A DNA stretch of 64,000 bases from Candidatus Moraniibacteriota bacterium (lineage in GTDB: Bacteria; Patescibacteriota; Minisyncoccia; Moranbacterales; UBA11712): NCBI GenBank assembly GCA_043802865.1, contig JAZDKQ010000023.1, positions 607 through 64,606 of the forward strand, in the 5' to 3' direction. The position numbers and the translations under genes are program-made. This document shows, one piece after another, positions 54,617-64,000 of the stretch (within the stretch, counting starts at the first letter, position 1; each line of letters starts with the position of its first letter). Under the pieces are notes generated by a model. That model did not search any database. It was not told the DNA's origin and saw nothing but the letters and a program-made list of their open reading frames with translations.

Positions 54617-55758
54617 CTTTTATATATTTCAAGCGTTTCTTTCGCCATTTTTTTCCAGCTGTATTTTTGAATTTGTTTTTTCCCGGCTTCAATCAATTTT
54701 TTTCGCAAATCATTGTCCGTCAAAACTTTTTCAATCACTTCGGAAGCTTCAGAAACACCTCGCGGATCAAAGAAAAGGGCGGCATTCCCCAATATTTCCG
54801 GCAGACAGGACGCATTGGAACTTGCGACTGGAATATTTCTTGCCATCGCTTCAAGCGGCGGGAGACCGAATCCCTCATAAAGCGAAGGAAAAACATACAG
54901 CCTTGCTTCGCGATATATTGTTGGCAGATGATCTTCATCTATATGGTCGGGAAAAACAACGTTTGAAACTTCATTGTCCGCCACGAATTTTTTCAGCCGT
55001 TTGTAAAAATAATCTTCCTTTCCCGCGAGAACCAAGCTCAAACCGGGATGCTTTTTGGCAACTCCCTTGAAAGCCGAAATGAGCCGTTCGAGATTTTTGT
55101 GCGGGTAGGCATTTCCGACATACAAAATGTACGGTCTCATTATACCATACTTTTTGAGAACAGTTTCCGAATTTTCCAGCAGTGGTTTTTCAATCGTGTC
55201 CACCCCCTCATAGGTGACGATAATTTTTTTCGAATCTATATCGAAATTTTCCAGTATATCTTTTTTCGTGTGCTCCGAAACGGCGATTATTTTTTCCGAT
55301 TTCTTGATGGCTCGGTTGATCACTCGATGATACGCTTTTTTCTTGAAAAAATATGCCGGAGCCGACAAAGTTGACGCCTTACGGGTGGAATATCGAAAAA
55401 GAATAAGGTCGTGAATCGTGACGATGAATTTTCCTTTGTATGAAACAGGAACATTGAAGTGGGGAAAATGGACAAGATCAAGTCCGCAGCTCGCAAAGAT
55501 TTTCGGCATTTGGATCTGTTCCCGCAGTGTGTACCAAGGGACATCCGCCAAAACTTTCGTGAAATGTTTGCTTTGAGGCTGGTATTCATCCCAATTTTCT
55601 TTTCGGAGAAATATAAAAAACTGGTAGGAATTGTCCCAGCCGGAGGCTGGTCCGTCTTGGGCGGAGATATTTTCCAGATTTTCTATCAGTTTTTGAGTAT
55701 ACCGCCCGAGTCCCTTTCCTATCGACCCGAAAAAGCGGGCATCGATTCCAATGCGCAT
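54607..55758 (-). CDS. family 4 glycosyltransferase
   Basis: MRIGIDARFF start and YEGFGLPPLEAMA motif. Confidence 0.7.
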   Translation of the reverse strand: MRIGIDARFFGSIGKGLGRYTQKLIENLENISAQDGPASGWDNSYQFFIFLRKENWDEYQPQSKHFTKVLADVPWYTLREQIQMPKIFASCGLDLVHFPHFNVPVSYKGKFIVTIHDLILFRYSTRKASTLSAPAYFFKKKAYHRVINRAIKKSEKIIAVSEHTKKDILENFDIDSKKIIVTYEGVDTIEKPLLENSETVLKKYGIMRPYILYVGNAYPHKNLERLISAFKGVAKKHPGLSLVLAGKEDYFYKRLKKFVADNEVSNVVFPDHIDEDHLPTIYREARLYVFPSLYEGFGLPPLEAMARNIPVASSNASCLPEILGNAALFFDPRGVSEASEVIEKVLTDNDLRKKLIEAGKKQIQKYSWKKMAKETLEIYKSCG

Positions 55759-56852
55759 TTTCTCCAGCTGAATTTTTGAGATTGTGTCAGTCCCCTTTCT
55801 TTTATTTTAGCATACAACTTTTCATCAGTCAGAACAGTTCTCATCGCCATGGCAAGTTCGTCCGGTCGGTTTGGATCAATCAGAATCGCAGCTTTCCCGG
55901 CGACTTCGGGAATTGAAGAATTGTTCGAGGCGATCACCGGAGCTCCGCAGGCCATCGCTTCAAGAATCGGCAGGCCAAAACCTTCAAAAAAAGAGGGATA
56001 GATGAAAAGCGAAGCGAGATTGTATACATATGGCCGGTCCTCCCTTTCGATGTAGCCGCATGTTTTCAGATTTTCTTTCTCGACCATTTCGCGGCAAAGC
56101 GGGCTGATGTTTCCCGCCAAAACCAGTTTGAATTTGCCAAGTTCCGGATTTTTTGAAATAAAAATTTTGTAGGCGGAAGCGATCGATGAGATATTTTTTC
56201 TTGGCTCTATATTTCCCAAATAGAGAACAAATTTGTAGGGCAAGTCATATTTTTTTTGGATTTCAAGAAGTTTCGGGTCATTTCTGTCAATAATTTTGAA
56301 ACTGTCGCTGATTCCGTGGTGAACAACGTCGATCTTTTCGGGATCTGTTTTATAGATTGTTTCCAGATCTTTTTTCGTTGATTCCGAAACGGCAATCAAT
56401 TTTTCGGCTGATCGAGCTATTCTCCGGGGATTCACGAAATATTCATGCCACAATCTGGTTTTGAAGGGAAAGAAGTTGGGATATCTCTCAAAAGAAAGGT
56501 CGTGAAATGTGGCAACGAGACGGCATTTTTTGCTCACGGAGAGAAAATTTATGTTCGGGGCGAAAAAAACATCCGCGCCTCCGATCATTTTATCGATTTT
56601 CGGCCAATTGAGATACCAGAAACAAAAATTGAGGATCCTATTCGGGAAAGAAAATCTCTTCATTTTCGCGTGCGGGTATTTTTTGATCCACTCGAAATTT
56701 CGGTTGGCTCTTTGCTTGAAAGAATTTGAAAAAACAATATATTCGTTTTTCGTGTCTGCCTCCAAAAGATTTCTCAAAAGCTTCAGGGCGTATTCCCCCA
56801 CTCCGGATATTTTTTCCTCCTCAAGACATCTGGCATCGAATCCGATTTTCAT
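55719..56852 (-). CDS. family 4 glycosyltransferase
   Basis: MKIGFDARCL start and FEGFGLPILEAMACGAPVIASN motif. Overlaps the next GT4 by 40 nt. Confidence 0.7.
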   Translation of the reverse strand: MKIGFDARCLEEEKISGVGEYALKLLRNLLEADTKNEYIVFSNSFKQRANRNFEWIKKYPHAKMKRFSFPNRILNFCFWYLNWPKIDKMIGGADVFFAPNINFLSVSKKCRLVATFHDLSFERYPNFFPFKTRLWHEYFVNPRRIARSAEKLIAVSESTKKDLETIYKTDPEKIDVVHHGISDSFKIIDRNDPKLLEIQKKYDLPYKFVLYLGNIEPRKNISSIASAYKIFISKNPELGKFKLVLAGNISPLCREMVEKENLKTCGYIEREDRPYVYNLASLFIYPSFFEGFGLPILEAMACGAPVIASNNSSIPEVAGKAAILIDPNRPDELAMAMRTVLTDEKLYAKIKERGLTQSQKFSWRKCALESMPAFSGR

Positions 56853-57464
56853 TTATTCTTCCGAAATATAATGTTTTCCGAATGCGAGCAGTGTTCCAAG
56901 AAACAATCCGGCAAGCATTGCAATTCCCAAATTGACCCGCAAATCCTGCGTATCTTTTAAAATGATCAGATCACTCGCGTTGATCTGAAACCAATTTGGA
57001 TCGCGGGCATCGGTGTTGAGGGCTTTTGTTTTTTCGGAAACAACAGAAGAGATAGCCGGAGCAATTTTGCCCGATTCTTCGCTCGCTTCAGTGGAATATC
57101 GCACGCTGACGAGATTTGAAGACAATTTTTCTGCCTGGAAACTTTTTGAAAGATTGCGCATCGTCTTTTGGTCGCTACTCACACCCGCCTTGTCAAAAAT
57201 ACTCTTTGCCGTGCCCGGGGATTTCAGCCATTCAACAACTGTTTCAGAGAACTTATCATCCGCTTGCAAGCGATAAAATTGGTCATAGCGATAGTCGGCG
57301 GTTGATTGCGTTTCGGTCTGGCCTATATTCAAAAGAAGAGAGGCGGAATATGTTTGCGACTGCCTCACTGACCAGGCATAGACGGCAACAACGGCGATAA
57401 TCACTGTATAAATCACGACGGAGATGTTTAGTTTCAAGATTTTGTAGTATTCTTTTAGTTCCAT
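56853..57464 (-). CDS. Wzz-like polysaccharide chain-length determinant (two TM)
   Basis: N-terminal and C-terminal TM helices flank a periplasmic domain. Confidence 0.5.
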   Translation of the reverse strand: MELKEYYKILKLNISVVIYTVIIAVVAVYAWSVRQSQTYSASLLLNIGQTETQSTADYRYDQFYRLQADDKFSETVVEWLKSPGTAKSIFDKAGVSSDQKTMRNLSKSFQAEKLSSNLVSVRYSTEASEESGKIAPAISSVVSEKTKALNTDARDPNWFQINASDLIILKDTQDLRVNLGIAMLAGLFLGTLLAFGKHYISEE

Positions 57465-57466
57465 AA

Positions 57467-58576
57467 TTATATTTTATTCAAATTAAATTCGCTCAAACTT
57501 TTTTCGATATGGTTCTTTATTTTATTTTTGAATATCTCCCTGTCAAACGGCAGGGCTCTTTCGCGGATCTTTTGGGAATCGAAATCATCAGAATTGAATT
57601 TTTGCAGAATTTCTGTGAGCGCTTCGGAAGTTTGTTCGTCAAAAAACAAGCCTTCCTGTCCTTCCCTGACATGTTCCACGATATCTCCCCCGCGGAAAGC
57701 GATGATCGGCTTTCCGGAGGCCAATGCCTCGATCGCAACTATGCCGAAATCTTCTTCTTGCGGAAAAATGAAGGCTTTGGCGCGGGCATAAGTCCGGGAA
57801 AGCTGTTCATCACTCAATCTGCCCGTGAATTCAATGTTGGAATGAGCCATTTTCATGAGCCTTTTTTTGTCCGGGCCTTGACCCCCGATTATTTTGAGTG
57901 GCCAGCCCAATTTGTTGAACGCTTCAATCACAATATCAAATCGTTTGTAAGTCATCAAACGGCCAACCATCAAAAAATAATTTTCTTTTTTTTCATCAAG
58001 ATGAAATTTGTTGACATCCACCGGCGGATTGATCACTGTCGAATTTTTTCTGTAGTATTTTTTTATCCGACTTGCCACGAATTTTGAGTTGGCGATATAT
58101 TCATCTGGCCGGTCGGCGCTCATCCGATCCCAGATCCGGATATAGTTCATGAAAAAAGGCGTAATTTTTTTGACGAATCTCGGAAAACCGAATTCTTCGA
58201 TATACTTTTGGCAGTCATCCCAGGCATATCTCATCGGCGTATGACAATAGCAAATGTGGAGTGTCTCAAGCGGAGTTATCACGCCTTTTGCATAGCTCGA
58301 AGAATCAGAAAGAACAATGTCGTATTTTGAAAGATCGAATTGCTCGATCGCCGGCGGCATCAAAGGCGGGAAAATGCGATGATTTTTGCGGGTATAGGGA
58401 AATTTTTGGAGAAATGAGGTGTATATTCTCTTCCCTTTGAAAATTCCGTGCGTTTTCTCCTCGTCGTATATCAGCGTATAAATAGGCGCATGTGGCCAAA
58501 TCTCAGTGAAACATTCAAGGACTCTCTCCGCGCCTCCATATTGCACCAAATAATCGTGAACCAAGGCTATTTTCAT
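57467..58576 (-). CDS. family 4-like glycosyltransferase
   Basis: MKIALVHDYLVQYGGAERV start and EDFGIVAIEALASGKPIIAF motif. Confidence 0.65.
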   Translation of the reverse strand: MKIALVHDYLVQYGGAERVLECFTEIWPHAPIYTLIYDEEKTHGIFKGKRIYTSFLQKFPYTRKNHRIFPPLMPPAIEQFDLSKYDIVLSDSSSYAKGVITPLETLHICYCHTPMRYAWDDCQKYIEEFGFPRFVKKITPFFMNYIRIWDRMSADRPDEYIANSKFVASRIKKYYRKNSTVINPPVDVNKFHLDEKKENYFLMVGRLMTYKRFDIVIEAFNKLGWPLKIIGGQGPDKKRLMKMAHSNIEFTGRLSDEQLSRTYARAKAFIFPQEEDFGIVAIEALASGKPIIAFRGGDIVEHVREGQEGLFFDEQTSEALTEILQKFNSDDFDSQKIRERALPFDREIFKNKIKNHIEKSLSEFNLNKI

Positions 58577-58909
58577 ATATAAATACTAGCTCTTTTCCGC
58601 AATTTTGGCAATAAAAAAGGTTTATGGTTTTCCATAAGCCTGGCTTACGATTTCTTTATCCTGCTTCTCTAAGCAGTTATATAGGCGACGAAGGAAATTG
58701 CCGTGCATGCAATTCCATATAATCCCCAGACAACTGCTTCCTGTGGGTTAGACTTTGCCTTCCATACGGAGATTACAGGTGCTGGCAATGCCATACCCAA
58801 AAATAAGATATGAATACCTAACTTTAAAAGATGCGTAGAGCGCCTCCTATTTCTGGATTTTATTCAATTTTTCGGGAACATTGTAGTTTGGAGCAAAACG
58901 TGGAATTTG

Positions 58910-59506
58910 TCAAGTTTTTTTGCCATTTCCCAAGATTTCCGCTGATTCGCGTTTTTTGATGAGACTAATCACGATAAGCGCGAGGATGGCGCAGGCAAAA
59001 ATCACCACGCCGGCATATTTGATATATTGGCTGATTTGGGCGGCGGCGTAGCCGAAGAAATATCCGAGAATGACGAGAAGCGAACTCCAGACAAGCCCGC
59101 CGAGGATGGAATATTTGATGAATTTCAAAAGTTTCATTCGGAGTGCTCCTGCGAGAGTGAAAGTGATATAGCTCAAGCCGGTTGTTGATTTGACATAAAA
59201 TATAAGCTTTCCGCTGTTCTGATGAAATTTGTCTTCGAGCTTATTGACTGTCGCGTCTTTTATTTTCAAGAATTTTTGCGCTTTTTCAATAATTTTCGGC
59301 CCGCCAAAATATCCGATGAAATACAAGCCGATATCTCCCAGAACATCTCCGACGACGCTCAAAAGAAAAACAATCCCCACGTTGAAATATCCCTGCGAGG
59401 CGAGAAAAGCAGCGATCATAGTCGCGAAAGGCCCCTCGAAAAACATCAAAACAAACATCAGTGGATATCCCCAGTATGGAAGAAGGTGGAGAAAATCTTG
59501 ATTCAT
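58910..59506 (-). CDS. DedA/TVP38-family membrane protein
   Basis: FFEGPFATMIAAFLASQGYFN...GDVLGDIGLYFIGYFGG is the DedA core. Confidence 0.75.
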   Translation of the reverse strand: MNQDFLHLLPYWGYPLMFVLMFFEGPFATMIAAFLASQGYFNVGIVFLLSVVGDVLGDIGLYFIGYFGGPKIIEKAQKFLKIKDATVNKLEDKFHQNSGKLIFYVKSTTGLSYITFTLAGALRMKLLKFIKYSILGGLVWSSLLVILGYFFGYAAAQISQYIKYAGVVIFACAILALIVISLIKKRESAEILGNGKKT

Positions 59507-60921
59507 AAGTTCTTTCTTTTCTTTAATAACACAAAAAAAGTCTTGAATAGTATTTCAATATCCATCCACATGGACCAATTTTCGATATAATAAATATCGA
59601 GGCGCGCTTCGTCGGTGAAGCTCAAGTCGGATCGGCCGGATATTTGAGCGAGTCCCGTCACGCCGGGTTTAATGGAAAGAGTTCTTTTTTGCCAAGTTTC
59701 ATATTTTTCCACTTCGCGCGGTTGATGCGGACGCGGACCAACAAGACCCATATCGCCTTTTAATACATTGAACAATTGCGGAAGTTCATCAATTGAAAGA
59801 GCTTCGATGATTCTGCCGACGCGAGTTTTTCGAGGATCATTTCTGATCTTGTAAAGCGGTCCCTTGCGGACGCTTTGAGTCTCAATCAATTTCTTTTCAA
59901 GTTTCATGGCTTCTTCTTGATTTGGATTTTGCGCTCCGACACACTGATCAATCTTCATATAGCGAAACTTGAATACATTGAAGTTTCCGTTGTGTCCCAC
60001 TCGTTCGTTTTTGAAAATGATCGGACCTCGAGAATCAAGCCTGATGGCAATCGCGATGAGAATCAATATTGGAGAAGTGATTATGATCCCAAAAAAAGAG
60101 CCGATTATGTCAAAAATTCTTTTGGCGATCTTCCCCCATCCGTCGAGGGGGGTGTTTTTGATCGCGATCACCGGTTCGTCAAAAAGGGTTCTGATCTCGA
60201 AATTTGTGCTCACAGACTGGAGAATCGCCGGAACGAATTTGAGTTCGATGCGATTGCGATGGGAAAAATCACTCAATAGGCGAAGCTCGTTCATTTGCAC
60301 GTTTGGATCGCAAACCAAAATTTCATCAATGCCTCTTTCTTTGTGGATTTGTCGCAAAGAGTCTATGTCAATTGAAGACTCTTGAGAGATTATTTTGTAT
60401 CCGTGTCCCGGATTTCCCTTGAACTCATGGCAAACCGTGTCGCAATATCCGCTTTTTCCGATGAGAGCGAGGCGATGCATGCCAATCCCTTTGTAGATCA
60501 AAAGAATTTTTTGCGTGAGGTTCACGGCATAGCGTGACAAGCTGATGAATACAATGGACAGCGCCCAAGCGGAAAGAATGATGAATCGTGAAGAAAACCA
60601 TTCTCGCTGGAGAAATATAGCGAGGATGACAAGCGTCATTCCAACTGAAATTGAAAAAGATATTTGTAAAAATTCCCGCCAAAAAGTGCGGGTTGTTTTC
60701 AACGCGTATAGTCCTTCAAGCGCAAAAATGATCAGAAAAACAGGCGCAACGAGAAGGATAATTTTGATATAGGATAAGAAAGAGAATTGAAACAAGACCG
60801 GTTTGATCTCGATGATGCCGGGAGTGAAACGCAACCAATATGCGACTGCTCCCGCAAGAACGATCATCAAAAAATCGGCGGGAACAAGAAGCGCGGCGAA
60901 AAATAATTCAGACTTTTTCAT
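59503..60921 (-). CDS. polyprenyl glycosylphosphotransferase (WbaP/CpsE-type initiating sugar transferase)
   Basis: KRIFDIIGSFFGIIITSPILILIAIAIRLDSRGPIIFKNERVG...LPQLFNVLKGDMGLVGPRP. Confidence 0.8.
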   Translation of the reverse strand: MKKSELFFAALLVPADFLMIVLAGAVAYWLRFTPGIIEIKPVLFQFSFLSYIKIILLVAPVFLIIFALEGLYALKTTRTFWREFLQISFSISVGMTLVILAIFLQREWFSSRFIILSAWALSIVFISLSRYAVNLTQKILLIYKGIGMHRLALIGKSGYCDTVCHEFKGNPGHGYKIISQESSIDIDSLRQIHKERGIDEILVCDPNVQMNELRLLSDFSHRNRIELKFVPAILQSVSTNFEIRTLFDEPVIAIKNTPLDGWGKIAKRIFDIIGSFFGIIITSPILILIAIAIRLDSRGPIIFKNERVGHNGNFNVFKFRYMKIDQCVGAQNPNQEEAMKLEKKLIETQSVRKGPLYKIRNDPRKTRVGRIIEALSIDELPQLFNVLKGDMGLVGPRPHQPREVEKYETWQKRTLSIKPGVTGLAQISGRSDLSFTDEARLDIYYIENWSMWMDIEILFKTFFVLLKKRKNL

Positions 60922-60933
60922 ACTATAAATTGA

Positions 60934-61338
60934 GATTAGTCGGGGCCTATAAGCCGGATTCTGTATCCCGCCAAAGCGGGACGATAATCATTTATCTAGC
61001 CCAGACATTGCTGTCGGGGTCGAGCGTTTTCTCTATTTTAAAAAATAGAGTACAAACTTGCACCAAGCAGGGTTTACCAAATTCCAATTATTGCTAATTG
61101 GTTCCGACCGCAGCTGGATACTTTGCGCGAGCTCAATATCCAACACCAGTCGGCTTTTCACCTTTGTCCGCCGAAGAGGCGGATAGTATTGTCTCTGTGG
61201 CACTTTCCCTAAATATATTTTTCAATATACCCGATGGGGGTTACCCATTGCTCTTTTTGTCCCGCTAAGCGGGACAGGTGTCCGGACTTTCCTCCTCGCC
61301 CATAAAGGGTGAGGCGATTATCCAGCCCTGACTAACTT
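60934..61338 (-). ncRNA. rnpB: RNase P RNA (bacterial type)
   Basis: Minus strand contains GAGGAGGAAAGTCCGGACAC (P4 5' strand), AGGGAAAGTGCCACAGAGAC, ACAGAATCCGGCTTATAGG (P4 3' strand). P1 pairs TTAGTCAGGGC with GCCCCGACTAA. About 490-nt gap with no credible ORF. Confidence 0.85.
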
Positions 61339-61410
61339 AATACTATAATATCTTTGAAAAAATTTGTCAAGCCCTCAAAATAGAAAAATATTGCTTTATA
61401 TAAAGCAATA

Positions 61411-61848
61411 TTAGAACATTCGGCTTTGAGCCCGAGTGGCTTCATCAAGGGCGAGATTGGCAAGTCGGTCGGCTTCAGTGTTTTTTCCGCGCGGAATATG
61501 AGTATATTTCACATCTCCAAAGTCGATGGAAAGATTCCAGATCTGGAGAAAAAATTTCTGGATATTTTCATCATTGAGCTTGTACTCGTGATTCATTTGC
61601 TTGACAACCAATTCGCTGTCAAGAAAACATTCAACGGACAACGATTTCGTCTTTGTTTTTCCATAGAGCAACTTCACTTTTTGAAGCGCAAAAAGCAAAG
61701 CCTTGTATTCCGCTTCGTTGTTTGTCGCGTATCCGATGAATTCGCGATAAGTTTTTTTCGAACCGGCAGACTCGATCACAACCCCGATTCCGGACGGACC
61801 AGGGTTCCCTCGCGCCCCGCCATCGGTGAAAATTTTGATTTTGTTCAT
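61411..61848 (-). CDS. rnhA: ribonuclease HI
   Basis: IFTDGGARGNPGPSGIGVV...NNEAEYKALLFAL...ADRLANLA. Confidence 0.85.
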   Translation of the reverse strand: MNKIKIFTDGGARGNPGPSGIGVVIESAGSKKTYREFIGYATNNEAEYKALLFALQKVKLLYGKTKTKSLSVECFLDSELVVKQMNHEYKLNDENIQKFFLQIWNLSIDFGDVKYTHIPRGKNTEADRLANLALDEATRAQSRMF

Positions 61849-63569
61849 TGTTTTTTGATATCAATTATATTCAGTTCCAATTTTCGACTGCCATTCCATT
61901 CGTTCGAACGCAGACAGAAAACAGCTTCGATCTTGTCTCCGGGTTTGAATTCCGGGAATCTTTCCCCGCTTTTCCAAAATATGCCTTCAATGATCTTAGA
62001 CTTTCCAGCTGCAAATGAAAATTTGAGATGTTTTTGGCTGTTGCCGACCATTTTTATTTCCCGGACGATCAAGCCCTTCGAAAGAAAGACTGGTTCGCAG
62101 TTTCCTTGTCCAAAGGGCTCAAATTTTTTTATTTCCGCGTGCAGATCCCAGTCGATTTCTTCCGATTTCACTTCGGTGTCTATGAGCAATTTTTTGCCCC
62201 ATTTTTCCGCGTCGTACTCTTTTTCGATCATCTTCAGCAACTCTTTTTCAAATATTTTGATATTTTTCGGCTTTATCTTGAGTCCCATCGCCTGTTTGTG
62301 TCCACCATATTTTTCGGTGTGTCGGTCAAGCGCCGAGACGGCGGAAACAATATCAAAAGATTCAATGCTTCTACCTGATCCTTCAAAAAGATTTTCGCCT
62401 TCTTTGAAAAGAAAAACGGGGCAATGATATTCGTCGCAAATTTTTCCCGCGACAACCCCGACAATTCCGAGCGGCCAATGCTCTCCGCTTCTCACGATCA
62501 GTTTATGAATCTTTTTGTCGTCGATTGTGCTCTTCACTTCTTTGTATACTTGCTGGGATACTTTTTGTCGCTGGGTATTCATGCTTTCCACTTCAAGCGC
62601 TAAAATACGGGCTTTCACGGGGTCGTTTTCGAGAAGCAAGTTGAGTGCGAGGTCGGCATGATCCATCCGGCCGCTTGCGTTGAGGCGCGGACCTATCTGA
62701 AAAGCGACATTTTCGGCGGTTGGGGGATTTTTCTCTCCAATAGGAAGCCGGGCGGATTGGATGATCTCCACAAGTCCCGTTCGCTTGGTTTTTTGGAGAA
62801 CAATGAGACCGAACTTCGCAAAAATCCTGTTTTCCGAGGTGAGGGGTACGCAATCGGCAATAGTTCCAATCGCAACGATGTCCAAAAACCATTTCAACTG
62901 GTCAATTTTTTTGGGAAGAAACTTTTCAAAAATTGCTTGAGCCAGCTTAAACGCAACTCCTGCTCCCGCAAGATCCGGAAAGGGGTATTTTTGGCCGGGA
63001 AGTTTCGGGTTTATTATCGTGCAGTTTGTTGGCAATTTTTTCGGAACGGAATGGTGATCAGTGACGATCACTCCAATTCCCTGTTTCTGGGCATATTTGA
63101 TCTCCTCCCAATTCGACATTCCGCAATCAACGGTGATGATCAGCGCGGGATCGTATCTTGATTTTATGAGATCAATCGCCGCGATATTCAGTCCATAGCC
63201 TTCTTTGTTGCGATCGGGGATATAGACGGCCGGCGCGAAGCCGATTTTTTCCAAAACTTCCTTGAGAAGCACTGAGGATGTGAGGCCGTCAGCGTCATAA
63301 TCTCCAAATATTGTTATTGCTTCATTTTTTTTTTGCGCTTTTCCAATTCTTTCAATTGCCTCATTTATTCCGGACAGACCAAATGGAGAAAGCAGGTCTT
63401 CGTATTTGCTTTGAAAAAATTTCTCAATTTCTTGAGGTTTTTTGATATTTCTGGCGAGAAGCAATTGAATGGTCGTTGAATTCAGGCGAAGCTTCTCGAG
63501 CTCTTCCGGAATTTTTTGAACGGGCCGCAATGTCCATTTTTTCATAGATTCAAATCGCACTTTGGACAC
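61845..63569 (-). CDS. recJ: single-stranded-DNA-specific exonuclease RecJ
   Basis: DHH motifs: GDYDADGLTS, VIVTDHH, and DHH-associated GGHKQAMG. Confidence 0.85.
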   Translation of the reverse strand: MSKVRFESMKKWTLRPVQKIPEELEKLRLNSTTIQLLLARNIKKPQEIEKFFQSKYEDLLSPFGLSGINEAIERIGKAQKKNEAITIFGDYDADGLTSSVLLKEVLEKIGFAPAVYIPDRNKEGYGLNIAAIDLIKSRYDPALIITVDCGMSNWEEIKYAQKQGIGVIVTDHHSVPKKLPTNCTIINPKLPGQKYPFPDLAGAGVAFKLAQAIFEKFLPKKIDQLKWFLDIVAIGTIADCVPLTSENRIFAKFGLIVLQKTKRTGLVEIIQSARLPIGEKNPPTAENVAFQIGPRLNASGRMDHADLALNLLLENDPVKARILALEVESMNTQRQKVSQQVYKEVKSTIDDKKIHKLIVRSGEHWPLGIVGVVAGKICDEYHCPVFLFKEGENLFEGSGRSIESFDIVSAVSALDRHTEKYGGHKQAMGLKIKPKNIKIFEKELLKMIEKEYDAEKWGKKLLIDTEVKSEEIDWDLHAEIKKFEPFGQGNCEPVFLSKGLIVREIKMVGNSQKHLKFSFAAGKSKIIEGIFWKSGERFPEFKPGDKIEAVFCLRSNEWNGSRKLELNIIDIKKQ

Positions 63570-64000
63570 CTGAATGATGCGTCCAAGCCTTTCCCTTCGA
63601 TTTTCGGAGTGAGCTCAAGAATTATCTTGCTGTGACAATTCGGGCATTCAAAGCCGGGCAACCCCATCTTTTTGGCAAGTGCCGGCGCGCTCCAGCCAAA
63701 ATAATCAAAACCGATCTGAAATGAACTGCTTGCTGAAATCAGGTTTTTCACCCTGTTGACGACTTCACGCGGAGTCATCGATCCTTGCACAATGAAAGCA
63801 TCGATGTCCAATTCTTTGGCGCGCTTGCGATCTTCTTCTCGTCCAAGGTGACTGATGATTGCTATGGGAACATCTTTTGTGTCGATGTTTTCGCGGAGAG
63901 CGGAGATGAGCTGAAAGCCATCCATTCGGGGCATGATAATCCCGGTCATGATCACATCGAAACTTCCCTTGGAAATAAGGTCTATGCCTTCAACTCCATC
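63542..64000 (-). CDS. response-regulator receiver-domain protein with C-terminal Zn-ribbon; partial (5' end beyond the window)
   Basis: The frame continues past 64000 (DGVEGIDLISKGSFDVIMTGIIMPRMDGF is a receiver motif). C-terminal CPNC...CPKC. Confidence 0.55.
   Translation of the reverse strand, partial: DGVEGIDLISKGSFDVIMTGIIMPRMDGFQLISALRENIDTKDVPIAIISHLGREEDRKRAKELDIDAFIVQGSMTPREVVNRVKNLISASSSFQIGFDYFGWSAPALAKKMGLPGFECPNCHSKIILELTPKIEGKGLDASFRCPKCDLNL

Noticed and set aside
54321-55070. 249-aa plus-strand ORF antisense to the DUF4012 and GT4 genes
   Set aside because: Antisense to supported genes. Its ETRLIASL segment comes from the palindromic family-C repeat reading the same on both strands.
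61171-61187. CCGCCGAAGAGGCGG hairpin resembling half of a family-A element
   Set aside because: It lies within RNase P RNA and is explained as one of its helices.
61426-62427. 333-aa plus-strand ORF antisense to rnhA and recJ
   Set aside because: Opposite two well-supported genes; no recognisable features.
1-64000. CRISPR array, rRNA, tmRNA or SRP RNA
   Set aside because: No regularly spaced direct repeats, no rRNA-like stretches and no recognisable tmRNA or 4.5S motifs were seen by eye. tmRNA and SRP RNA would need a covariance scan to exclude.

Overview
This 64-kb window looks like a small-genome, roughly 40% GC bacterium with CPR/Patescibacteria-like gene organisation. Genes are short and densely packed, most starts lack a Shine-Dalgarno (SD), and many are glycosyltransferases. 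Coding is mostly on the minus strand. Housekeeping genes present: gltX, iscS-iscU, rpmA, pyrG, rplI, ctpA, folD, priA, def-fmt, groES, ftsE-ftsX, prfB (with the canonical CUU-UGA-C +1 frameshift site that the ORF track misses), lepA, murJ, rnhA and recJ. RNA genes: tRNA-Gln(CUG) on the minus strand, tRNA-Gly(CCC) and tRNA-Thr(CGU) on the plus strand, and RNase P RNA on the minus strand at about 60934-61338. There are two cell-surface polysaccharide loci, at about 15.8-32.7 kb and 52.1-60.9 kb. The unusual content is a set of short GC-rich palindromic repeat families. Family A is about 30 nt (core CCGCC-NAAGGCGGATCCGCC-TNTGGCGG) with at least 7 copies. Family C is a 28-nt palindrome GTAGAAACGCGATTAATCGCGTCTCTAC with 3 copies. 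Family B is an approximately 115-nt element with terminal inverted repeats (TIRs), present twice, with a family-A copy nested in one copy. Several copies sit in-frame inside conserved genes (lepA twice, fmt, rtcB, a GT4, a DUF4012 gene), which resembles Rickettsia palindromic elements. Other notable loci: a GC-rich (about 55-58%), SD-bearing two-gene island at 40.5-42.0 kb flanked by duplicated promoter/terminator modules, followed by an AT-rich gene; and a GIY-YIG ORF wedged between an intact tRNA-Gln and a 20-nt duplicate of its 5' end. No CRISPR array and no rRNA were seen. All calls are from reading motifs by eye; no searches were run.
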